Assembly (NCBI GenBank): GCA_965240325.2
Contig: OZ251239.1
Location: forward strand, 1,054,001 to 1,118,000
Source: Rebecca billardiae RCC1528
Lineage: Eukaryota; Protista; Haptophyta
Direction: 5' to 3'
Length of the DNA: 64,000 bases
Shown: positions 21,901-32,061 of the stretch, one piece after another
Layout of the letters: every line of letters starts with the position of its first letter
Numbering within the stretch: position 1 is the first letter of the stretch
Program-made: the position numbers and the translations under genes
The notes under the pieces: generated by a model
What the model saw: the letters and a program-made list of their open reading frames with translations, nothing else
Databases searched by the model: none
What the model was told of the DNA's origin: nothing

Positions 21901-24900
21901 CCCGCCGCGCCCGCGTCGGCGGCGGGCGCGGCGGCAGCCGCGGACGGCGGCGCGGACGGCGCCGGGCGCGCGCGCTGGCTCCCGGGCTGGCTTCAGAATG
22001 CCGCGCGCGCGCAGCCGCCCGCTGCGCCGCCCGGCGGCGCCCCGAGCGCCATCCCGCGCGCCGGCGGGCTGCAGCCGTCCGGCGCGGCGCCGCGCTCTGC
22101 TCGGCGGCTGCTCGGAGGCGGCACCGTCACGCCGGTGGAGACGCCTCGCGCCGCGGCGCTCGGCGCGGGCCCGCCACTGCCGGCGCTGAGCATGGCCGCG
22201 ACCGAGGCCGCCGCCGCGGCCGCCACCGCCGCCGAGCCGGCCGCCGTCGACGCCGCGGCCGAGCGCGCGCCCGCCGCGTCGCAGGAGCCGCTGCCCCTTG
22301 TGCGCACTCTGGTGCTAGCTCTCGCGTCCAACTGGGGCGACCGCCGGCGCATCGCCCTCGACGGGCTTCAGCTCTGGGACGGGTCGGGCGACAGTCTGGG
22401 CGTGCGTGCCGTGCGCGCGCTCGAGCTCGGACCCGCCGACTCGGACGGCGCCGCCGACGCCGAGGGCGGCGGCGCTCTCCTAGGGCCCCTGGGTGAGGAG
22501 GCAGCGGAGGACAAGGCCCTCGCTGCGCGGCTCATGCGCGCGCGCGCCGGGGCGTCCGCAGCCGCGCCGCTCCCGCCGGTCGAGCCCAGCGCTTCGCTCG
22601 ACTCGAGCGTCGCATCCGCCGACCTCGGTGCGTCGGGCGCGCTCGGCGGCGGCGGCGGCGGCAGCGGCTGGGTGTCGGCGTTCGAGGCGGGCTCGACGGT
22701 GCACCTGCTGCTCGTGCTTGAGCGCGAGGCGCGGCTCGGCGCGCTGCGCGTGTGGAACGCCAACCACTCACGCGTGCACGCCACGCGCGGCGCGAGGGCC
22801 GTGGAGGTGCTCGCAGGCGGCAGGCTCGCGTGGAGTGGCGAGCTTGCAAAGGCGCCGGGCGAGGCGGCCGCGGCGGCGCGCGCCGCGACGACGATTGTCT
22901 TCGAGCCCTCGGCGGAGCTGCACGCGGCGCTGGCGCGCGCGGACGCGGAGGCGGAGGCGGAGGCGGCCGAGGCTCTCGCGGCAGAGAAGGCGCTCCGATC
23001 GTCCATCTCGCTGCTGCGCGCGGGCGCGGGCGGCGGCCGGCCTCGCACGGGCGATGCGGCGCGCGCGGCCGCGGCCGCGGCCGGCGCGGCGGCGCAGCCG
23101 CCGCCGCAGCCGCCGCCGCAGGGCGCGAGCGCAGCCGCGGCGGCGCCTGCGTCGTCGAGCGCGCGCGAGACTGCTCTGCACGAGCCATCCGCCGCGCACG
23201 ACTCGCCGCCGCGCGCGGCCGCCGCAGGCGCGTTCGTGCCGCGGCTCCCGGCTTCGCCCTCGCCGCCGTGGCAGCCGCCGAGCGCGGCCGCGCTCGCCTC
23301 GCCCAAGCGCGGCGCGGTGCGCGCGGCTGACGAGGGCGGCGTGGCGCCACCCGTCGACGGCGCGACGGCCGGCGCCGAGGCGGCGGCGCGCCCGCGCGCC
23401 GCCGCCGCGGAGCAGCCTACCGCCGCCGCCGCGGCCGCGCAGTCCGTCGCCGCCGCCGCCGCCGCGCAGTCGGCCGCAGAGGCAGAGGCTGATGAGATTG
23501 GCGAGCTGCTCGCCGACGCGGAGCGCGCGCTGGAGGAGGAGAAAGAGGCCGCCGGCGTGCGCACGGACGGGCCGGCGGCGCCGCGCGCACGGGGCCACGC
23601 CGCGCGCTCCACCGACGCGGCCGCGTCGCCGCGCCGCGCGCCGCCCGACGCTTCCTCGCCCGTCGACGCGTCGGCCGCGGGCGCCGCCGCCTCGGCTGCG
23701 GAGCGCGCGCCGGCGACGCGGATCGGTGCGGCCGGCATGCCGGAGGCTGCGGTGGGCGGCTGGCCCGTCGCGCGGCACGTCTCGATCCGGATCCTCTCGA
23801 CGTGGGGCGCGCGCGACTATGTCGGACTCTGCGCCCTGCAGCTGCTCGGCGCAGACGGCTCCCCCATCCCGCTGCGCTCCGAGCAGGCGGTCGTTCGCGC
23901 GCCGCGCGGCGCGCTGGAGGGCGACGGGCGGACGCCCGCGCGGCTCGTGGCGGGGCACACGCTCACGTGCGCGCGCGAGCACGCGTGGCTGCACCCGTAC
24001 GACGAGCAGCAGCCGCCCACGCTCGAGCTCACGCTCGACGCGGCCACGCCGATCCGCGCGCTCCGCGCGTGGAATTATAACACCGCGGTCGACGACAGCT
24101 GGCGTGGCTGCGCGCGCTTTGAACTCCGGTTGGACGGCGCGCGCGCGCGGCCGGCGCGCGGCGCGCCCGCGTGCTTCGCCAAGGCGCCGGGGCACGCCGA
24201 GTACGACCACGGGCAGACGATCGAGCTGGCGTGGTCGCACGGCGCGGCCGACGACGACGAGCCCCCGCTCTCGCGGCCGCACGCGCTTCTGCCGACCGCG
24301 GCCGCTGCCAAGCAGGACTGGCTGACGCTCTGCGGCCCGTGCGCGCGCATCTGGCGGCTCGAGATTTTGTCGACGTGGGGCGACCCGCACTACGTCGGGC
24401 TGGACGGGCTCGAGCTGTACGGCATGGACGGCGCGCGGCTCGAGCTGCCGCGCGCGAAGCACGCCGCCGGGCTGCGCGTGTTCGGCCGCCCGGACTCGAT
24501 CAACGGCGTCGACGGCGCGAGCGGCGACCCGCGCGTCGCGCGCAACGTTCTCGCCGCGGCCGACCGGCCCGACGGCACGCGCGCCGAGGGCGACTCGTGG
24601 CTCGCGCCGTGGGACGAGGGTTCGCGCGCGACGCTCACGCTGGTGTTCGAGCAGCCCACCGCGCTCGCCGTCCTCCGGCTGCGCAACTACTCCAAGACGG
24701 CACGGCGCGGCGCGCAGGACGTCGAGCTGTATGCCGACGATCGCATCGTGTATCGCGGCGTGCTGCGGCGCGCGGCGGGCGGCGGGCGCGCGCGCTGGCA
24801 GTCCGTGCTCTTCACCGACGCCGCGGCGCACATCGACACGTACGCGCCGGAGGTGTACCGGGCGCACGAGGAGGGGGAGCCCATGCTGCTCGTCAACGAG

Positions 24901-25032
24901 GGGCGCGTGATGAGCGGGGAGCACGTCGTGAAGGCGGAGAAGCAGCGCGCCGCGAGCGCGCGCGCGGCGGCGCGCAACGGCGGCGCGGCAGCAGTCCCGA
25001 GGCCGACGACAGCCGTCACGCCGCGCGGCTGA
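18924..25032 (+). CDS. KATNIP: Katanin-interacting protein (KIAA0556/KATNIP, DUF4457 repeats); exons 18924-19004 and 19138-25032
   Basis: N-terminal YLQLLAERN..EAGFDIYVSGAN; four domains with (S/A)(N/T)WG..xGL motifs (NWGHPHHIGL, NWGDRRRIAL, TWGARDYVGL, TWGDPHYVGL) and downstream RIFNYN/WNAN/WNYN/RNYSKT. GT..AG intron 19005-19137. Confidence 0.85.
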
Positions 25033-25294
25033 GCGCATATGTGTCGTCGAATATTTCCTGCTAGTTAATCCTCATCGCGATCGCATGTGTATCGTGTCGG
25101 CGTCGCGTACCCGGTCAGCCGCAGCATATGAGCATCTGCTGAGACCGCGTTGTTACCGAAATTGATGTGTCACCTGGGCCCCGGTGGCCGGTCCAAATCT
25201 GCTGCTCAAGCTTGCCACTGGACAGCTGGCAGTGCCGCGACCACCCTTCACCTTGGTGCCGCTCTGTCGGTTTGCGGCTTTGGCTTTACCATCA

Positions 25295-25357
25295 TATTCG
25301 CGGTTTGTACACGGGTCCGGATGACAAACCGCGAATACAATCGACAAACCGCGAATA
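25295..25357. promoter_or_regulatory. Three copies of ACAAACCGCGAATA (one inverted, two direct) upstream of the FkbM gene
   Basis: TATTCGCGGTTTGT at 25295; ACAAACCGCGAATA at 25324 and 25344. Confidence 0.4.
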
Positions 25358-25375
25358 CGGTCCGGATGCACATCC

Positions 25376-26422
25376 ATGGATCATCATCGGCGCTCAACGA
25401 TGGCGAGGCCGCCGCGCGGGACACACCGCTACGAAATCAGCAGCAGCTCGACGGCCGTGGTCGTCGCGGCGCTGCTGTGCCCCGCGGCGCGGGTCGTGCT
25501 TGCCTTTCGCCTGCCAGCCGAGCTCGAAGCGGCGGTGGACCTGCCCTCCGGCTTTGACGGTGCCAACTGGTGGCGAGCCAACCGCATGCGGCCTGACCCG
25601 GACCCGAGCGCATGGCACGAGCGCTGGCGGAAGAGTGGTCTTGTCCGGGATCGCCTTGGCGGCACGACCGACTGCGAGGCCCGCGACGCGGCCGTGGTCG
25701 CGTTCTGCAACCGGACCCACGGCGTGGCCATGGAGCTCGGCGGCCTGGACGGCATGCGCTTCTCCGAGACGCTCAAGCTCAGCCGCGTCGTGCCTGGCCT
25801 CAAGCGCGTCATCGTCGAGGGCAACCCGATGCATCGCGAGCGGCGGCGGACGAAGGCGCCCGACGTCGTGGGCGTGCAGGCGGCCATCTGCGACTCGTCC
25901 TCCACCTACTTGCACTTCATGCACGGCAGGCTCGCCGAGGTGTCGGGCATTGCCGAGTTCCTCCCGCCGCGACTTCTCGGAAAGTACCACACGCCGCTGC
26001 AGAAAGACCTGAAGCGGGCGCACGGCGACTGGGCCGGGGTGGAGTGGAGCCGGTTCAACCACACGCGGGTGCTGTGCACGCCGCTGCAGCGCCTGCTGGA
26101 CGCGCTCGAGCTCACGCACGTCGACTTCTTCCTGCTGGACACTGAGGGCGCCGAGCTGAACGTGCTGCGCTCGGTCGACTTTGCCAAGGTCACCTTCGGC
26201 GTCCTCAGCGTGGAGACGAAGCACGACGCGTCGCTCGCGTCGCTGCGGTTCGTGAGGGACGTGCAGCGCTACGTGGACAAGGCGTCGGGCGGCGCGTACC
26301 GCACACTCTTCAACGAGCGGGGGCGGAACGTGTGGTTTGTCCACCGCGACTTCAAGCTGAGCGAGTGTCTGCACCTGATGACGGAATACAGGAGGAGGCA
26401 GCTGCGGAGTCTCCGAGGGTGA
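25376..26422 (+). CDS. FkbM-family (Methyltransf_21) SAM-dependent methyltransferase
   Basis: MELGGLDG, VIVEGNP, VQAAIC, VDFFLLDTEGAELNVLRSVDF..SVE. Confidence 0.85.
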   Translation: MDHHRRSTMARPPRGTHRYEISSSSTAVVVAALLCPAARVVLAFRLPAELEAAVDLPSGFDGANWWRANRMRPDPDPSAWHERWRKSGLVRDRLGGTTDCEARDAAVVAFCNRTHGVAMELGGLDGMRFSETLKLSRVVPGLKRVIVEGNPMHRERRRTKAPDVVGVQAAICDSSSTYLHFMHGRLAEVSGIAEFLPPRLLGKYHTPLQKDLKRAHGDWAGVEWSRFNHTRVLCTPLQRLLDALELTHVDFFLLDTEGAELNVLRSVDFAKVTFGVLSVETKHDASLASLRFVRDVQRYVDKASGGAYRTLFNERGRNVWFVHRDFKLSECLHLMTEYRRRQLRSLRG

Positions 26423-26742
26423 CGCTGTCACACCCCGCGATCGTGGCGGACGGTTGCCGGCGGCAGGCGGTCGCGTGGTCGTTCGGGCGACGCGCCGACG
26501 CTCACGTCCGACGGCGCTGCGGCGCATCGACGCAGTGCGCCCGTCAAACCGTCGATCGAGACGATCGACGATCGACGATCGACGAGCCTTCGCGCGCGTG
26601 TTCCATCAGCGCAGGCTGTCGCAAAATAAAGGGTCGCGCGCATCAATTCACGTCTGCCGCCGCAGTGCCGCGCGAAAAGCTCGCTCGCGCCCGAATGCTG
26701 CGCCAGCGGGAGGAATGGCGGCGGCGCGACCTGCATGATGCG

Positions 26743-28884
26743 ATGGGTGCGACCACGAACCCAACGGGTGGTGGCGGTGGGAGCGGTAATGTGTCCTTGC
26801 TTCTCGCGCTGATCGCGTCGCTCGTCATCCTCGCGGTGCAGGTGCTGCTGTCTGGCCCCGCGCACGGCAACGCCGAGCCACGCGCGGCCACACCGACCGC
26901 CGCGGCTGCAGTCAGGCCGCGCTCGCGCAACGCGCCGCCGTCCATCGCGGCCGTGCTGCCGTGCACGGTGCACGACGTGGACTGGCTGCACGCCAAGCTG
27001 CTCTCCTGCGCGCGCACGCTCGACGCGCGCAGCGTACGCCTCGTGCTCGTCGTCCTCCCGCCACCGGACGTCGCGCCCGTCCAGGGCAAGCTGCGGCGCG
27101 CGGGCGTTCAGATCCCTCCGCACTGGGTGTTCGTGGGCGAGGACGAGGTGGTGCCCGACCTGTGGCGCAACGGCACGCGCGTCGAGGTGCCCGGCTGGAA
27201 CCTCCAGCAGGCGATCAAGCTCCTCGCGCACCGCCACCCGCTGATCGCGCGCGCCGAGCCGCCGATGCGCGCGCTACTGACACTCGACTCAGATGTTCTC
27301 TGCTCGCACGCGTGGGCGCGGAGCGCGGAGCAGCCGCCGCGCGGGCGCGTGGCGGTCGGGGCCGAGTCGGCGCGCTCGCTCGAGGACGCGTTCGTCCTCG
27401 CCGACGGCCGGCTGCGCACGTGCATCGAGCACCTCAGCGGCTGGTTCGGCGCCCGGCACCTCTCGCGCACCGCGCACACGTTCGGGTACTCCCTGTGGGT
27501 GCGCGCGTCGTCGGCGACTCGGCCGTTTCAGATCACGCACGCGATGGGCTGGACGCCGCAGCTGATGTCGCTGCCCGCCCTCGCGCGCGTCGAGGCCGAG
27601 CTCCACCGCCAGGCCGCGCGCATCGGCCTGCTCGAGCGCTCGGCCTCGCTCTCAGCCGCGCGGCCGGCCGCGGTCCGAGCGGCGCCGCCGCTTCCCGGAA
27701 CTCGCCGGGAAGACGAGATCGGACCGAGGGCACCGGACAGCTGGCCGGCGCAGACGCACGCGCTGTACGCGCTGCTCGCGTCGAACGACATGTGGACGGA
27801 GTACTTCTCGTACTTCCTCGCCCTCGACGCGCTCGGCGCGTGGGGCGCGTACCACTCGGACCTCTGCCCCGGCAGCAAGCTCGAGCCCGCCACCGGCCGA
27901 TGCCGAGACGCGCTCAACGCGACTCGCTGGCAGGAGCGAGCAGGACTCATCGGACTCGCCGAGGGGTCAGCGCCGGTGAGCGCGCTCCCGCGCGGCGCGG
28001 CGCTGCCCGCGCCGTCGGCGGGCGTGTCCGGCTGCCTCAAGGTGCGCGCGGACTGCGATCTCGAGGTGCTCCTCGAGCTCGAGCGCGCCATCGTCCCGTT
28101 CGTAACAGTCAACGACCACAAGGTCAAAGGGCGGCGCGCGCTCGAGCTCGCGCGCGCGCACGTCGCGGAGGTGGAGGGGCAGGAGGCGGCGGCGGCGCGT
28201 GCCGAGCGGGGCGCGACGCGGCCGCAGCCGCGCGCGTACCAGTCCGGCCGCGCGCACGCGCGCGCGTGCTGCGAGGCGTGCACGCCCGTCGTGCAGCTCG
28301 CGGACGCGCCGAGCGCAGAAGCCGGCAGCCGCTCGGTCGATGCGCCGGGCGCCGCGGCCGCAGCGGCCGCAGCAGCAGCGGCCGACCGCACGGGGGCCGC
28401 GTGCAAGTGGACCAAGGTGAGCTGCGGGCCGGACTCGCGCTTCGGCATGTTCACGGTGCAGCCCGAGTCGGTCCGCCCGGGCTGGGCAGCCGCGGCCACC
28501 GCGCGCGCGTTCGTGCCGCGCGCGCTCGGCGTGGGGATTCTTGTGCTCTTCGGCGCGAGCGTCGCGCTCGGCGCAGCGTTGTCGTGCGCGCGCGCTCGCT
28601 CGGCGGCGGCTCGGCCGGAGCCGCCGCTTGGGTCGCTTTTCGGCGGCGGCTCGTCAGGCGCGCACGGGCACGCGGGCGGCGGCGGGGGCGCGCTGCTGCC
28701 CTTCGAATCGCGCCGAGGCAGCTGCGTGCGCCCGCGCGGCCGCACGATGACGGCCGAGTTTGCCGAGCTGCTCGCTGGCGTGAACGAGCTGACGGCGGCC
28801 GAGAGCGCGGCAGCCGCGGCCGCATCTCAGGCGGCAACGGTGTCGTCAGTCTCAGAGAGCTCAGCAGAAGGTCTCGTGCGCTGA
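26743..28884 (+). CDS. Membrane-anchored glycosyltransferase-like protein (DUF6492-like)
   Basis: N-terminal TM (LLLALIASLVILAVQVLL), GWNLQQAIKL, DxD motif LTLDSD, WTPQLM, WTEYFSYF, second TM near the C-terminus. Start 26695 or 26743. Confidence 0.65.
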   Translation: MGATTNPTGGGGGSGNVSLLLALIASLVILAVQVLLSGPAHGNAEPRAATPTAAAAVRPRSRNAPPSIAAVLPCTVHDVDWLHAKLLSCARTLDARSVRLVLVVLPPPDVAPVQGKLRRAGVQIPPHWVFVGEDEVVPDLWRNGTRVEVPGWNLQQAIKLLAHRHPLIARAEPPMRALLTLDSDVLCSHAWARSAEQPPRGRVAVGAESARSLEDAFVLADGRLRTCIEHLSGWFGARHLSRTAHTFGYSLWVRASSATRPFQITHAMGWTPQLMSLPALARVEAELHRQAARIGLLERSASLSAARPAAVRAAPPLPGTRREDEIGPRAPDSWPAQTHALYALLASNDMWTEYFSYFLALDALGAWGAYHSDLCPGSKLEPATGRCRDALNATRWQERAGLIGLAEGSAPVSALPRGAALPAPSAGVSGCLKVRADCDLEVLLELERAIVPFVTVNDHKVKGRRALELARAHVAEVEGQEAAAARAERGATRPQPRAYQSGRAHARACCEACTPVVQLADAPSAEAGSRSVDAPGAAAAAAAAAAADRTGAACKWTKVSCGPDSRFGMFTVQPESVRPGWAAAATARAFVPRALGVGILVLFGASVALGAALSCARARSAAARPEPPLGSLFGGGSSGAHGHAGGGGGALLPFESRRGSCVRPRGRTMTAEFAELLAGVNELTAAESAAAAAASQAATVSSVSESSAEGLVR

Positions 28885-29774
28885 TGATGATGAATTCGGA
28901 GGCATGATGCGCGATGGCAACGTATAAGGCTCAATGCTTAGGACCGCCACTCGGCCTTCTTCTAATAAAGCCGCTTATATTCGGGTGCCGGGCCGCACCG
29001 CCGGACTGACTTTAGCTAAGACTGGCTTTAGTATACTTTTAAATACAGCAACCTGCGCTGCGGGCAGTGCATATATATATATGTACACAGACGAATCATC
29101 ATCTTAGGACGCACGACTACGAAGTGACGACGATGACCTCCACCTGGGCGCCCTGATGGCTGATCGTCCGTGACCGTGTCGTATTGTGGCTTGCATGCAG
29201 GTCGCCGCCAGTCGAGTACTGACAACGCACCGCTGAGAGTGAGACACGTCACAATCGTCACATGCGCCCGCCGCCTGGGGACGCGACCTCTCTGCTCTCG
29301 AACGGTTGTAGCCGCTTGATGAGCCCAACGCAATGGCCGCCAAAGAGCGCGCACGCCCGACAGATGCCAGACGCTGCAGCGGGCAGGCGAGCGCCGCTGA
29401 TCGGTACAGCTCAGCAGCCGGGGGCGTGGCCGAACGCTGCGACGGCCGTCGATTCCCACGCCGAATGTGCGCGGCGGAACCACCCTTGGCGGAACGTGCT
29501 CTCGACGCGCTCATACAAGTATGCTCGAGCGACTGCCTGGTGGTCCCGCTGAGGCCTGCCCCGGGCCCCCGGCACCGATGGTCGGGACGGCCATCGTGGC
29601 TTTCGTGCGGGCAACTCCGCCGGAGCGCCATCACGCCGAACACTCAGCTGACTCAGCTGCGTCTGACGGAGGCAGCGGACGGCGGCCTCGCCTCGAAGGC
29701 CAAGCAGTACTTCACTTCCCTTTCGTCGAGTGGGTTGGCATACGCTGGAACGCTGCGTGACTGATCGCGTGAGG

Positions 29775-31607
29775 ATGCCCCACACGTGCGGTCGAGCCGG
29801 CTGTGACAAGGTGCCGTCCTTCGGCATGCCGGGTGACACACGTGCTAGCCGCTGCGCCACGCACAAGCTGGCCGGCATGGCGGACGTGAGGAGCCCCAGG
29901 TGCGAGCATGCCGGCTGTGACAAGGTGCCGTCCTTTGGCATGCCGGGCGACACACGTGCCAGCCGCTGCGCCACGCACAAGCTGGCCGGCATGGTGGACG
30001 TGAAGAGCCGCAAGTGTGAGCATGGCGGCTGTGACAAGCGGCCGCATTTTGGCATGCCGGGTGAGAAACATGCCAGCCGCTGCGCCACGCACAAGCTGGC
30101 CGGCATGGTGGACGTGAAGAGCCGCAAGTGTGAGCATGGCGGCTGTGACAAGCGGCCGCATTTTGGCATGCCGGGTGAGAAACGTGCCAGCCGCTGCGCC
30201 ACACACAAGCTGGCTGGCATGGTGGACGTGAAGAACCGCAGCTGCGAGCATGGCGGCTGTGACACGCAGCCGAACTTTGGCATGGCGGGCGACACACGCC
30301 CCAGCCGCTGCGCCACGCACAAGTTGGGCGGCATGGTTAACGTGGTCGACCGCAGGTGCGAGCATGCCGGCTGTGACAAGGTGCCGTACTTTGGCATGCC
30401 GGGCGACAAACGTGCCAGCCGCTGCGCCACGCACAAGCTGGCCGGCATGATGGACGTGAAGAGCCGCAGGTGCGAGCATGCCGGCTGTGACAAGCAGCCG
30501 TCCTTTGGCATGCCTGGTGACACACGTGCTAGCCGCTGCGCCACGCACAAGCTGGCTGGCATGGTCGATTTGAAGAGTCGCAGGTGCGAGCATGCCGGCT
30601 GTGACAAGCAGCCGTCCTACGGCATGCCGGGCGACACACATGCCAGCCGCTGCGCCACACACAAGTTGGGCGGCATGGTTAACGTGGTCAAGCGCAGGTG
30701 CGAGCATGCCGGCTGTGACAAGCGGCCGAACTTTTCCATGCCCGGCGACACACGCCCCAGCCGCTGCGCCACGCACAAGCTGGGCGGCATGGTTAACGTG
30801 GTCGACCGCAGGTGTGAACATGCCGGCTGTGACAAGCGGCCGAACTTTTCCATGCCTGGTGACACACGTCTCAGTCACTGTGCCGCGCACAAGCTGGCCG
30901 GCATGCTCAGCTATCGCGCCATGCGCAAGCGCAAGCGGGCTGCAGCTCCTGAGCCTGAGCAGGGCGGCAGCGCAAAGCGCCAGCGCGTGCAGAGCAACAG
31001 TGGCAGTACGGCTGCAGCAGCTGCCGCTGCTGCCGGCTTGCAGCCGCACCTACAGCCACCGAGGGCCACTGCTCGCGCCGAGGCTCGCCCTCCGCGTCGC
31101 CCTGATGCCGCGAGCGGCAGTAGCCCGCACAGCCGCGGCGATGTGCCGGGCAAGCGCGCGGGGCCGAGCAGGGCGCATGCAGCGCGCACACAGCCCGCCC
31201 TAAGCACTGCCCCGCCCGCTGACGGGCCAGGCGGCAGTGGCAGCGGGGAGCATGCTGCAGATGCCCCGCTGCTCGGCCGGCTGGTCGCGCCCGCCGCGGA
31301 CACGCGGCACGCCGACGCTGCCGCCGAGCTCGCTGCCGAGCGCACCGCCACCGAGCGCATGCGCGCCGAGCTCGTGCACACGCGCATGCGGCTGCGTCTC
31401 GCCGAGCAGGCGGCCGACCCGTCGCACCTGCGCGTGCTGCGCTTGGTCATGGAGGGCGAGGGCGAGCCCGTGAGCGCACCACCGGCCGGAGGCCCACGCT
31501 CCAGTCCCGCGGCACGAGATGAGTCTGCTGAGCACCATGCTACGCTGCAGTACCTGCGCGAGCTCGAGGCGCGGGTGCGTGCGCCAGTCAGCACGCCGTC
31601 GCGATAA
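29775..31607 (+). CDS. EsV-1-7 cysteine-rich repeat protein: 10 x 38-aa C-x4-C-x16-C-x2-H repeats, NLS and coiled-coil tail
   Basis: CEHAGCDKxPxFGMPGDTRASRCATHKLAGMVDV repeats match the EsV-1-7 family; followed by RKRKR..AKRQR. Confidence 0.92.
   Translation: MPHTCGRAGCDKVPSFGMPGDTRASRCATHKLAGMADVRSPRCEHAGCDKVPSFGMPGDTRASRCATHKLAGMVDVKSRKCEHGGCDKRPHFGMPGEKHASRCATHKLAGMVDVKSRKCEHGGCDKRPHFGMPGEKRASRCATHKLAGMVDVKNRSCEHGGCDTQPNFGMAGDTRPSRCATHKLGGMVNVVDRRCEHAGCDKVPYFGMPGDKRASRCATHKLAGMMDVKSRRCEHAGCDKQPSFGMPGDTRASRCATHKLAGMVDLKSRRCEHAGCDKQPSYGMPGDTHASRCATHKLGGMVNVVKRRCEHAGCDKRPNFSMPGDTRPSRCATHKLGGMVNVVDRRCEHAGCDKRPNFSMPGDTRLSHCAAHKLAGMLSYRAMRKRKRAAAPEPEQGGSAKRQRVQSNSGSTAAAAAAAAGLQPHLQPPRATARAEARPPRRPDAASGSSPHSRGDVPGKRAGPSRAHAARTQPALSTAPPADGPGGSGSGEHAADAPLLGRLVAPAADTRHADAAAELAAERTATERMRAELVHTRMRLRLAEQAADPSHLRVLRLVMEGEGEPVSAPPAGGPRSSPAARDESAEHHATLQYLRELEARVRAPVSTPSR
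29787..30914 (+). repeat. Coding tandem array of 114-bp units (10 copies, last truncated)
   Basis: GGCTGTGAC and GCCGCTGCGCCAC(G/A)CACAAG recur every 114 nt. Confidence 0.95.
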
Positions 31608-32061
31608 GCTACTGTGTAAGCAGCATGAGCATCGCCTCGTCGCGTCAGAATCAGCGCAGTCGTCATCATATCATCAATCATCATCATCGATTCCATATAT
31701 ATATATATACCGGTCATCATCATCGTCAATCCGCCGCCCGGTCGTCAGCAGCACGACGCATTCATCGTCATCGTCGTCGATCGATGATCATCATCATCAT
31801 CGATCATCGTCAGCATCATCGATATACCTGCCGTCGTGCATGCGATGCCGATGCATGGCGATGTGAGTCGTCGCCGCGCGCAGCAGCCTGCGCGCTGAGC
31901 CCTCGCGCCGGGTCAGCTCCGCCGAGTGCCACGATGATGCCGTGTAGCGATACGATTCGCGCGGCATTTAACTCACATGCGCGCACACGCGGCGCACTGG
32001 CGGCCATATCTGACGACGCCAGTCCAGCTCGGCACGGCAGCGATCGGCCCCGCCACCGTGG

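Noticed and set aside
29000-31900. Endogenous giant-virus insertion around the EsV-1-7 gene
   Set aside because: No other viral hallmark genes or element boundaries were found.
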